DNA from: Lepidodermella squamata
Taxonomy: Eukaryota > Animalia > Gastrotricha
Assembly (NCBI GenBank): GCA_047495785.1
Contig: JBLDXI010000016.1
Span: 930,001 to 994,000 of the forward strand
DNA length: 64,000 bases
Direction of reading: 5' to 3'
Below, piece after piece: positions 24,230 through 36,120 of the stretch (within the stretch, counting starts at the first letter, position 1; each line of letters starts with the position of its first letter). The notes beneath the pieces were generated by a model. It was not told where the DNA came from. It saw only the letters and a list, made by a program, of their open reading frames with translations, and made no database searches. A program made the position numbers and the translations under genes.

Positions 24230-26717
24230 ATGTATTTATCTTATATTTTCGTAATACTAACAATCAGCTGTTATCATTCAGGTATATTGCTAAAATAAGA
24301 TCACAACAAGGCTTAAATATTTTTTCTAGCATTTTCAACCGATTTGATTCGCGAGAAAAGAGCGGCGGTCGCACCTTCAAAAGTTGGTTCAACTTTCAAA
24401 GCAGCTTCCACCACAAAATCGGTAGCTACGGGTACTAGCAGCAAACCAAAAGGAAATGAGGTCCCAATCAAGTTAGGCAATGCTCAAGTCTTGCCTAGCT
24501 CCACCCAAAAGCCAGCAAGTTCAATGAAACCAGCTGGTGGAACCACCCAGAAGGCTACATTGGGTGGATCAACGAAAGCTAGCCTGGTTGAAGTCCCGAA
24601 ACTTGGAAATGCCAAGGTACAGGCCGGCTCAACTCCCAAGCCAGTAAGCGCTGGATCATCGATTCGAACTACACCGAACTCGGGTGCTTCGACCAAGGTT
24701 GATATGCCGAAACTTGGAAATGCCCAGGTCGCCTTAGGTTCCACCTCGAAACCAGGTAGTACTCAAAAACAGGCTGGAACCACATCAAGTGGCAAATCTG
24801 CCGGTTCTACTGCTAAACCTTCCAGTGGATCTACTAAACCCAACTCGGCTGAAATTCCGAAAATGGGAAACGCTCATGTATCAGGTACGACTTTGAAACC
24901 AGGCCAAAGCACTCAAAAGGCCGGTGGCAGTACGGCCAAGGCGACAACTGGATCGGGTAAGGCCGGAACTCCTGAAGTTCCGAAACTTGGAAACGCCCAT
25001 TCAGGTTCCAGTCCAGTCCCTGGCAAATCGACCCCACATTCCGGTTCAACTGGCAAAGCTGGTCAAAGCACTGCGAGTGGGTCTAAATCTTCCCCAGCTC
25101 CGTCTGGAGGTTCAACGAAGCATGGATTGCTAGGAAACGCAGCAGCGGCTGGGTCGACAGGGAAATCGGATGAAAAGGCCCATCACTCAACTCCTGCAAT
25201 GGCTAGTTCAGCTAAACAGGGTTCGACCCCGGCTTCACCTTCCAAGGTGACCATTGTTCTAGGAAATCAAGCTGTTTCGAATAATCAAACAAGTGAATCT
25301 GTCAAATCAACTCCGTCAGCGGTTTCAGAAGTGGCTAAATCAACACAAAAAGCAGAAACTGAGGCTCAGAAGAAAGAAACTGTTGCTACGGAATCTCCAA
25401 AGTTGACCCCAGCCACCTCGGCTACAACAGGTAGAATATCAATAAATTTAAATAAATTTAATTTAATTTAAATTCAAAATTCAATATTAATTAGTTAAAT
25501 TAATTGAAAATTTTAATTTTAATTTTAATTTTAATTTTAGAAACGACTACAGCACGCTTGACTTCTGCAGCGACGTCACCAGCACCCGAATCACCCAGTT
25601 TACCGGCCGCCAAGCAAATCCCGATCAAAACCAGTCTAATCCAGAATGATAACAATGGCCTTGGGTCTAACTCATCCGCTGCTGTTGTAGCCGTAATGAT
25701 GGCGCCTAATAATGCGTCTGGGAAGTCTGAACCTATCCTACTCAGCGTCACCAATTTGAACAACACCCGAGACCCACCACCTGTTAGTGCCGCAGCAGCG
25801 GCTGCTGGAACCATGATCGTCGTCGTGAATAACAACAACCTTAGTTCGAACTTATCGTTCATTCCGAAGAATTTCACGAATTTACTACTGGTCGCACCGG
25901 AAAATGACGGGAAATCAAGCGCGACAGATTCAAATTTGCTTAAATTGATCAATTCTACCAGAACTGGCAACGAAAATGGCGTGATTATGATGACGAAGCA
26001 GGAGGCGAAAAATTTGACGAATTTCGTTCAAACGCACCTGGCTGATCTCGCGGCTTCGAAACAGCAAAACGATCAAGGTGAGTTGAAAATTGAAAAATTG
26101 ATTAGAAATTGGACAATTCTTGTGATATTCCAGGATTGAATCAAGCAAAACCTAATTCCCCACTGGAATTGAAAAATCCGAACTCTGGTCAGGCCAATCC
26201 GAGCAGTTCAAGTTCAGTTGTTGTTTTGGGCAACGTTGTTTCAACTAAATCACCATCAATCCCTGGCCCGATTTCTAACCAGCCGTCAATTCCGAGTTCA
26301 ACGCAAAATAATGGATCTCCATCCTTTTCGATCCCTTTGGGTAAAATTGTAATTTTTAAGATTTTATCTTTATTAATGTAATTTATAGGCAAAATAGGAC
26401 AAAACGCTGCTCAAATGCCTAATGTTTCGACTGCTCAGCTTTCGATTCCGGACGTCGAAACACCTGAAGATCAAAGCTTGGAGGATATTGCTCAGCAAGT
26501 TTTAAAATTAAGGCAGCAAAGGGTTCAACTTCGAGTTCTTGGAAACGGCGGAATTTTTCTTCGATTTCCCGGTTCGCAAAATCTCGACAACAACGCAAAA
26601 AGTGAATTCTTCAACTCGGCTGTTACCAGGCGTTACCTTCCAGATTCTGCTGGCAAGCTTGGCAATTCTGCTTCGAATAGTTTCAGTCGATTGATTACAG
26701 CGAAAAAATCAAAATAA
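24230..26717 (+). CDS. Secreted Ser/Thr/Pro/Gly/Lys-rich mucin-like protein with recurring PKLGNA motif, at least 5 exons
   Basis: Exon 1 24230-24281 plus a 48-nt intron gives MYLSYIFVILTISCYHSAFSTDLIREKR (signal peptide and furin site). Phase-compatible GT-AG introns start at about 25431, 26078 and 26341. The 3' end is uncertain. Confidence 0.75.
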
Positions 26718-27351
26718 CTAAGCTTTTCGACAACATTTTGGCTTCAATTCAATAATTTCTTTTATCCATTTTCAGCAACATCAGGCAAGGGAATAAACTC
26801 GGAAAAAATGTATGAAATAATTATTTCCCGTTCTCATTTTACTAAACGATCCAGCCGAGCAAGGAATAAAGAATTTAATAATTGATAATTAATAGCCTCA
26901 GGCTGTCTCTGGTTTTAATATCAAGCTAAAAATGCCTCGCGGTTGTGAGTTTTTCTTTATCTTTAATGAGCTGCTTTTGTCCTCAAGACAACTTGCAAAC
27001 CGGTATGCAAAACAAAACGCTAAGATAAGGCGTCCTAGCTTCCGACGCATTTGTCGCCATTAGTTTCATCACCGTATAAAATTTCCTTATTCATAAAACT
27101 CTTAATGCCTTCAATCTTTTATTGCTCACAATTCTCACCTGGGTCATTCATTTTAATGCATGGAAATTGACGCTTTGAAAGGCTGTCTGTAGTGTTATAA
27201 AACTTCGAAAATGTAGGTCATCAACACAACTATTCAGGTCAAATTCATAAAAGCTACAGCCATTCCCAACAAAATCAAAGGGTTCTCGAGAAATTTCAAA
27301 ATTAAAACAAAACGAAATTTCCCAAATTTTTAAAATTAGCTAAAACAAATA

Positions 27352-28164
27352 TCAGGTCCAGCAGTCTGTAGTAATATGCCCGGTTCTTTTGCATTTATTA
27401 CAAACCGGTACATCAGGACACCGAGATGCTAGGTGGCCAGGCCGGGAACAATTCTCGCAATTTCGCTGCCAACCCCACTGAATGGGCGGTAGAATCGACG
27501 TAGTTGAGCCTTCAAAGTTATTCCTGCGAGCAACAGGCCGATCGTAGGTCAAACCCCGACTAGCATGAACGATTTCCTCGACTTGATTAGCTATGATTGA
27601 ACCCAACGAATAGGCGAAATCGTCGAAATCTAGACTTGCTTGAGTTGCTAAAGCGATGAATCGGCGATTCTCAACATCTCGACTCTTCTTCGATAAATTA
27701 GTCTGAAGTCGAATGATTGATAACAGCCGTTCGCGTTTGTTCATTTCATAACTGTGAGCAATATCTCCCCAGCCATTTATCGCCTGGACGAATTGGCGGC
27801 GAAATTTCGGCAATAGAAGGCCGATTACGCTGCAAATTCGCGGCAGAGTCGGCGAGTTCATTGCGAATTGAATGCAGGCGTCCACGCTTTGAAAGGCCTC
27901 AAGTTGGAAGGCTTCTTGAAGACGTAGCAGGGTTGCTTTCCGCGATTTTCTCGACGGCTCAGCTAGCCGGCGCCAGGCCGATAAAAGGCTGAAAATCATT
28001 GATTTCGTAAAGCCTTCGAATGATTTCTCAACCTGAGAGCTGTAGGCAATTTTTTTGCACGACGATTTTCGCTCTCGATGGTGGGCTGATCTGAACCTAT
28101 CGACGGGTTCGGAGAAGAAAGACAACGTTTCGGCATCTTTCTCTTTCCATATTACCTCCGACAT
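27352..28164 (-). CDS. Gag-like protein with two CCHC zinc knuckles; no pol or LTR seen
   Basis: Intact 270-aa ORF ending CENCSRPGHLASRC-PDVPV-CNKCKRTGHITTDC (two C-x2-C-x4-H-x4-C knuckles). Confidence 0.7.
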   Translation of the reverse strand: MSEVIWKEKDAETLSFFSEPVDRFRSAHHRERKSSCKKIAYSSQVEKSFEGFTKSMIFSLLSAWRRLAEPSRKSRKATLLRLQEAFQLEAFQSVDACIQFAMNSPTLPRICSVIGLLLPKFRRQFVQAINGWGDIAHSYEMNKRERLLSIIRLQTNLSKKSRDVENRRFIALATQASLDFDDFAYSLGSIIANQVEEIVHASRGLTYDRPVARRNNFEGSTTSILPPIQWGWQRNCENCSRPGHLASRCPDVPVCNKCKRTGHITTDCWT

Positions 28165-30037
28165 TAGGCACAGCTGTAGCTAAGGTGTAGATTTCAATCA
28201 AGGCTGACAAAATGTTTTAAACTGCGCACTCCATGATAGAAACGTAGTGACGATGTACTTGAATTATTGATGGCCCTCTCTGTTCCAATCAATGGATGGT
28301 ATCGATTTCATGGGTTGCGAGGGTCGAACTTAGGCCCTACTCTGGCCTCAATGGATTGATTTAAAAATTAATGACGGCTTTTGATAAAAAAACAAATATT
28401 TTCAATCGATGAAATCGATATTATTTGCGATTCCATTTATGGACAATTTCTTTAATTTTTTTCAATTAAAAAAAAATAATAAATCAAAACTTATTTTTCA
28501 ATTTAAATTGAAAAAAATTCATCAAACCGAATCTCAATTTAATCTGGTGGGCCGGACATTTTCCTATAGTACTTGACTATGATATCTAGTCACGGGTTGC
28601 GGAAGCATAAGGTAAATAGTATTTCTGGCGGCTAAAATCAATAACAATGAACTCGAATGATTGGCATTCATTTGATTTGGCTCTATACACTATATATGAT
28701 ATATTTTTACGAGTGGTTCCGTCCTAGAAATGTCCTTCAACTGTCAATTTTTGTTAGCCAATAGTAACAGCTTTGAGGGTATTGATCGTGTCGGGTATTT
28801 TACCTGGGATTAGTTTTTGGAACACACTCTTTACCACTTCTTAGCAAACTACGTCTTCGTAAGCCGGCTCATATATAATAGTATATTTTCTTCTTGAAAT
28901 CTGAACCGGCCAGGTTTTAGCTTTCATACACAATAAAGCACACGATTCACTGAGTTTTTTGCGCGTAGAAAAAAATTATTACAAAAATGGAGGCGCGACT
29001 TGAGTAAATAATAATCATCATCGAGGCCTGAATTTCTCATTAGCTTTCACAACCTACTCCGCTCCCTAAGTTACGTTTTCCAAAAAAGCACTGTTGTTGC
29101 GCTATTTGACGAAGCGTGAATTCAAAGTTTACCCTGATTACCGATTAATTAGGAAATCTAAACTTTTAAGCAATTCACTTCCTATTTTAACCTTCCGCTT
29201 CATATTTCCGCTGAAATTCACCCTATTCAGTGAATAAGCGGCTTGGCTAATTTAAAAAATTAGACCTCTCGCCAATTTTTAATTTCCTAGGCAAAGTACA
29301 TGTGATGACTTTATATATTGAACAATTGAAAAAAATTAAAATTAATTTAAAAAATTCTCGAAAATGTAGGCAAAAAATGACTTTACTACCCTTCCTCACA
29401 CACAAATAGAATTGCTGCCACATAGAGAACAGTATTTTATTTTAAACGAAGGGGTGATTACGCCCGTATCGGAACCCCACACTGGGGTTGTTTACACTTC
29501 GGGCTACTAATGAGGGAGGGTGAATAGTTTTACGGTTGTGAAACATGTTAGTTCCAACCTCACTTACTCCCTCATTTTCACCGTGGATGAGGCCATCTGG
29601 GCGGTATTTTTATCTGATTTTTTCCCTTCCATACCCTGGTTAGGAAATGAGGGCGAAAGGAAGGACATTACTTACACTCTCCAGTCTTGACGTTGATTTC
29701 ATGTACCTTTAATTTCGCCAAGTTTTTTTTCTATTTTTCTAGTTCAACAGATGATTATTAAAAATGCGCAGTCACGTTGGCCTGCTAAAACGCCACCAAA
29801 ACATTCGTTTTTTTATCGCAGTTTAATTGCTGTCATGAATTGTTTTGAGCCTATTTCTTTCGCATAAACAGCTACATTATTAAATTATAGACCGCAATAG
29901 TGTCCGAAAGTAGAAATGCGCTCTCACCTGTGTCCTATGCTGGTTACATTTAAATCTCATCATTTTCTATAGACTTTAAAGCAGAAAATATGGCAATTTA
30001 CAGCAATGTGAGTCATTCTCCCATTAAATTTGCGGCT

Positions 30038-31338
30038 ATGCACAAGGTAAGCATTTTGAGGCGGAATTTTCCGAAAATTATTAAATTTTTTATAGCCGCA
30101 AGATAACAATGATTTGGTCATCAAATTAGCTGCAGTTGGCGACACTTCAACGGGCAAAACAGCGATGATGAAAACGGTGGCCGATAACCACTACATTGAG
30201 GACTTCTATCTGACCTCGGTTGAAAATTTTAAAATCTCTTTTGATGGTTCGCATCACAAGGGCGTGTTGGATATGCATGATATGCCGAGCCTTCTCGATA
30301 AGGAACACCACGCGCTGCCTATCGATGATGTCGACGTCTTTCTGCTATGTTTTGCTATCGATTCACCGGTCACCTTTGATCACCTTCGAGAACAATTAGT
30401 AGACGAGGTTCGTGGGGAAGTTTTGAAAGACCTAATATTGAATTACAATGTTTTAGACAAAACTACTCATGTTTTTGGAATCTGGAAAATCAGATAAAAT
30501 TCAGAATTGTTTAATTTAAAATTAAAATTTTTACATTTCTTATCACCCAAAATCTAACCCCTCGATTTTATAGCAAAATACCATGCACAAAAGGTGACAA
30601 ATCGCGTTGTCCCAATTGAACCTCCGTTGTCCCATAATTTATGCAAAAAATATTTGCGTAATATTTTTGTACAATATTAGACACATGGATTATCTTACAT
30701 CCGCCATCCACGATTTCATATAAAAAAATTGAATTTACCGGAAAAAACCCGATAGTAATTGGTTCGGTAACTTTCAGTTGGTCCTATTTTCTCCGAATTT
30801 AATTGCTTTTATAGGACACGCTACAGTAATTCTAAGTTAATTTCAGTCAAATTTAAATTTTCACATACCGCTGATTCAGAGCAATCGTGCGCTACATGAA
30901 TTTACTGTTTTCATTCGATTTTTTTCGATAAAAGTCTAAAATATCCATTCATTGCCAAGGGCGGGAATTTGACCATTTTTCCATGAAATTTGTCGAAAAT
31001 TCTTGAAAAATATTTTAACAAAAAACGAGTTTCGAAATTGAAAACTGGGCAAACGATTAAGTTCGTGAATTTTTTATTTTTAGATTCGCAAGCGGATAAA
31101 AAAGCAGCATATTCCTATGGTTCTTGTTGGGCTCAAAAGCGACATTCGAGAAATAAGTTCGAAAAATGAGCAAGGCGTTATCACTCAAGACCAAGCTGTG
31201 AGATTCGCAAAAAGCATCCGTGCAGCTTCCTACGTCGAATGCTCATCGTTAACTGGAAAAGGCGTTCACGAGGTCATCGAAATTGCTCTTAACGCGGCGC
31301 TTAAACAGCGTTTTCGCCAGAGTTGCACACTTTCCTGA
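30038..31338 (+). CDS. Atypical Rho-family GTPase, 3 exons
   Basis: MHK|PQDNNDLVIKLAAVGDTSTGKT...DVFLLCFAIDSPVTF..VDE|IRKR..PMVLVGLKSDIR..YVECSSLT..; CAAX box CTLS. Confidence 0.9.
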
Positions 31339-31560
31339 ACCTGATGCTGGTTTTCTTGTATACCGCATGCCTAAGCTGCCTCTCCTTGTTATGTTTTCTG
31401 GAAATATTATAATGTACGCGGATAAAATGGCTTACAGCATGATTTTTCTACTGATGCGATATATTTTTCACGCCGCGGCTTAATAAATAATAAAAAGAAT
31501 GATGACCAATGGTTATTACGGCTGCGTAAAATGGGATAAAAAGCTGAATTAATTCAATTA

Positions 31561-32239
31561 GGGCAAAATGCTTTCTACCATCAATTTTGAGACTTTCACT
31601 ATCAAACCGGAAAATTCAAATTTCACTATAAATTTTGGAGTTTTCACCATCAAATTAGGCCTTTCGCCAACAAATGAATGGATTTTCTCACCAAAAAATC
31701 TGAAAATACCCGCTGATTTAGACGAAAGCTGTTCAAAACATAGCCAACCAAGACATAGAGTGCCATATTGTTGGCGCGGACGGAAAAGTCGCATTTGGGA
31801 ATCTTCATGTCAGTTTTGAAGTATAAGTCTTAGTCATGTCAGGTATGAAACATGAAATTCTTTCGTCTTTTATTACTTTATAGTATTACCCTAAAACTGA
31901 CATTGATAGCAGGTTCTAATTCATCAGCGCTAACGATGGCATGAGTTTGGCTATGTCTCGAACAGCTTTCGACTAAAAATCAGCGGGCATTTATCGGATT
32001 CGTTGGAGAGAAAATGCATTTATTTGTTGGCGAAAGTACCTAAATTGATGGCGGTTTCCGTTTCGTTGGCGAAAGCTCCAATTTGATGGTAGCAAACCCG
32101 AAATTGATGGTGAAATTTGAGTTTTCGGGTTTGTTAAATTGATGGTGAAATTTGAGTTTTAGGGTTTGTTAGTGAAAGTCCCAAGTCCCAAAATTGACGG
32201 TGATAACTCTGAATTTGATGTTGAGAAAGCATTTTCCCC
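31561..32239. mobile_element. PIF/Harbinger (Tourist)-like MITE, copy 2
   Basis: Termini GGGCAAAATGCTTTCT ... AGAAAGCATTTTCCCC flanked by a TTA direct repeat (31558-31560 and 32240-32242); long imperfect inverted arms. Confidence 0.85.
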
Positions 32240-33464
32240 TTATTTTAAACTGGAGTAAATCGCTTTCCATACTGAACTTCAGCGGATTCGGCCAAATGGT
32301 TAATCGACTGATGAAATATTTTAAAGTTCTAAACTACCACGAGGTAGCTTCTCTCAAAGAGTTACTAAAGCAGTTCGAAAATTAAAGTTTAGGGGTTTAC
32401 CTGTCATAACTGAAACGAGCCAAAATGCTGAAATTAGACGTGGAAACCAGTTGGAACACAGGCTCCCGGCGCGTGGTCCGATGTGGCCAGGATAAAGGTG
32501 GAGTCAACTCGCCGATTCCAATTAAAATCCGCAAAGTTCGAGTGAGTTAATTCATGCAAAACAGGCAAAATCGAACAGATTTCGATGATGAAATCGGACA
32601 AAAATTTGACAATATATAAGGTGGCTTTTCCGGAAAAATACCGGCCAAGGCAGGTTGGATTTCAAAAAGAGGCATAGCCGCATGTTGCTGTAATGTCGCT
32701 GCTGAAACGTCATATTTTCGCTTGTTATTCCTACCAAGAACGATTCATGGCAATTGAGCAGGATTCAGAACAATTTACAGGTGTATTGACGCTTGGGGCT
32801 GAGGATTCTTGATACTTCGAACTGAAATTTCGAACTGGAACCAGAATTCATACTGCGGCATGCGGTTCAAGTTAGCAGCTTTTGATATTATTACTTCAGT
32901 AAACAAAAACGTGAATCACACTACGAAATTTCGCCTATGAATAAATTGTTGTTTCGGTTTATGATTCACAACTGCCAAGGTGTTGAAATGACGTAAACAG
33001 ATGTCCTGGGTAACGTCACCACGTCCAGAATAACTTCCTTTATAGTTTTCATCTCATCAAATGATTCATCGTACTGATTTTTATTCACTAATAATTATCG
33101 TTTAAATTCGCAGTTTCATGTCTGCAGTTTCTAGAACACGCTTTAAATTTGACGTCAAACGATTCGAGAACGTTTCAGGTGCTAAAACGGTTCGTGTAAT
33201 CATTAGTCGGCGGACAATGTTGGTTACAAATTACATCACGAGGCCGATCTTTCTAGATGGAAGTCACAGTGATTAATACATGTTTTTATCTTTCCATCTT
33301 AGACCAGGTGTCAATGCCGCAGGCTAACGCGGGCTAAAACAAAAGAATGCCCACGTCATTAGGTATATACAAGCTAGAAAACATAGACTTACAAACCGTG
33401 AGATAATTATCTTTTTGTTAACCCCGAAAAAAACAAACATTGGCTGAGCCAACAGCCGCGAAGC

Positions 33465-33472
33465 TATAAAAA
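33465..33472 (+). promoter_or_regulatory. TATA box of the SLC26 gene
   Basis: TATAAAAA about 75 nt upstream of the ATG at 33541, with an Inr-like TCATTC at about 33498. Confidence 0.55.
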
Positions 33473-33540
33473 GGCGCCAAACCATCCAGTAGGGTTATCA
33501 TTCTACATTTTTTCGAAACAAATCCACAACTTCACTTTGC

Positions 33541-35939
33541 ATGGTCTTCAAGTTTATCAGGCAAATCAGAACCGACCCTAAGGCCTGGGTTAAGGAAGCG
33601 GTCCCCATCTGCAAATGGTTGCCTCAATACAAGCCGTCTTTCATTCCTTACGACATAATCGCCGGTTTCACGGTTGGATGCACTCTGCTGCCCATCTCCC
33701 TCGCTTACGCCCAATTGGCCTATCTCAGGCCTGAATTCGGCTTGTACAGCAGTTTCGTCTGCACCTTCATCTACATCTTCCTCGGATCGAGTAAGGATGC
33801 GATTATCGGACCGTCTGCTATCGGATCAATGCTCCTCGGCCAGTTCAGTATTCTGAGCCCACTTCAAGCTCAAGGTGACAATACCTATGCATCAATTCTC
33901 GCGATGATCAGCGGACTAATCATGATGTTCATCGGCGTCTTCAAACTCGGCTTCATCGTCAACCTGTTCAGCATTCCAGTCGTAACAGGATTCACATCAG
34001 CTGCTTGCTTCAGCATCATTGCCTCTCAGCTTCGTGCTTTCGTCGGAATTCGCAAGGGACCTAGCGACAGCCCTGGACTTTTCGTCAAGCAATTGAAAAA
34101 TCTGTACGACCGTCGCGCAGAGATTCGCATCATGGACGTCACATTCGGTTGTGTTTCACTAGCAATTCTTCTCTTCGTCGAGTATGCCCACGACCTTTTC
34201 CTACGCTGTGTTGTCGCTAGAATGAAGGAGCCTACAACAGAGAGAGGCAAGAAAGTTAAACACATCTTGCTGACCATTCTCCGCCTTATCGTAGCGGCGA
34301 GAAATGTTTTCGTCTTTATTGGATCAACTGCAATCGCGTACACATTGCATCGCGAAGATCCAAAGGGAACGGAAGACCGTCTCGGCCTGGTCGGTTTCAT
34401 CAAGCCAGGCTTCCCTATGCCGCAAGCGCCCCGATTTGAGCTGTGGAATACGACAAAAGTCTGGGTCCCTAGCAACGACACAATCGGCGTGAATGGAACC
34501 TGGGTTGAGAAGGAAGTACTCTTGGAGACCACTCAAGAAATCATGACCAAGCTAAGTGTTGGCATAATCATCATCCCTCTAATGGGTATTATGGAGACAT
34601 TCGCTATCACGAAAGCTATGGGCCGTAAGAATGGTTATCGAGTCGATGCGACGCAGGAATTAGTCGCAATTGGTCTGTCCAACTTCATTCAAAGCTTCAT
34701 CCAGGGATACCCAGTCGCCATTGCTACGGCTAAGACTGCTTTGAACGACCGGTGCCAGGTTAAGTCGCTGCTGAGTACCATCGTCAGCATCGTGATCATT
34801 GTAATCACCCTGGGCGTCCTTACCCCGCTCTTTTACTACGTCCCGAAGGCAACACTCGCCGCTATCCTCATCGCAGCTGTTCATCACCTGTTCGACTACA
34901 ACGCTGCGATTAGCATCTGGAAGCAGTATCGTCCCGATATCTTCCTGTACCTGTTGACGTTCCTTCTCTGCCTGTTCTACGATCTGGCTTATGGAATTGT
35001 CATTGCCATCTTAATCAACATGGTGACGTTCATCAAGCCTATCGTCAGCATGCATCTTTCGGTTTCACGGGAGCCACTCGATGTCATAACTACTGGTGCG
35101 GCTATCGGGGATCCTGACAATGGTCGGGTAACTATTGTCCAACTTTCCCATGGAATGAAGTATCCTTCGGTCGATAAGGTAAACAATTTTGCCAAGCTTT
35201 TTCTTGCTTTTCATCTCCCTTTTTCTAGTTTATTGACCGAATGACGGCTCTATTGTCAAGCAGTGCTGACATTCACTTCGTCGTCGACTGCCGATTTGTA
35301 ACCGGCATCGATTTTACGGGAATGCAAGCTTGGCGCATGTTGATGCAGCTCGCCTTCAAGCACAAGAAACATCTTATCTTCACGAACCTCGCCGAACCAG
35401 TTCGCGTTCAACTCGAGGCAATCGGCATTGAAAACTTCTCCCACGTCGGCAGTGTTGAATCAGCCATTTCCGAGTTCAGCAAGCTATCGGCTGGCGCGAA
35501 GATTATCGATGAAACTTATGAGGATAAAAAAGACCGCATGCTTCGAACCTTCTCGATCATTTACAGCGCTGAACAGGTTAAAAGTGGCGAGGTCATCCTG
35601 CCAGAGGTCAAGGACGATGATCAACGCCACATTCAAGAGGCTAGAATTATGGATTTAATTCAAACCGACGACTCAGCGCCACGATTTTACGGTGATATTC
35701 CGCTTACAAGTAAATTAAAAAAACTCCACCTTAAAATATTGAAAATTCAATTTTTTCTTCATTTTTCAGTTGGTAACGCTGAATTTGGAGTTGATGATAT
35801 TGAATCGGTTCCAGACCGGCCTACCCTGCTGTCAGTTGCAAGTCACTCGGGTGAGACAACTCTGCATCACCGGAAACTTCCTCCGATCCCGGAAGACGAT
35901 AAGGACAAGACGCTGAAGCGGTTCGGTTCGCACCAATGA
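33541..35939 (+). CDS. SLC26/SulP anion transporter (SLC26A11-like) with STAS domain, 3 exons
   Basis: PICKWLPQY, DIIAGFTVG..LPISLAYAQLA, FGLYSSF, TQELVAIGLSN, PKATLAAI; STAS-like VVDCRFVTGIDFTG; introns at about 35179-35228 and 35710-35769. Confidence 0.92.
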
Positions 35940-36120
35940 ACCGTGTCATCACGTGATCAGAATTATTTTTCAAATAATAACTAGTAGAATAGCATCTAAA
36001 GATCAAATTAGCAGTAGAAGTCTTTGCTCAAACTTTCTTAGTCACTTTTATTGATAGTAATTTTTTCCAATTTTAAACGGTGAATTTTGTAAATTTTTTT
36101 GTAAATAAATTGTGGATAAA

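Noticed and set aside
24590-24750. Similarity of VPKLGNAKVQAGST to tau/MAP2 microtubule-binding repeats
   Set aside because: No KxGS or PGGG motif, and the protein is predicted to be secreted.
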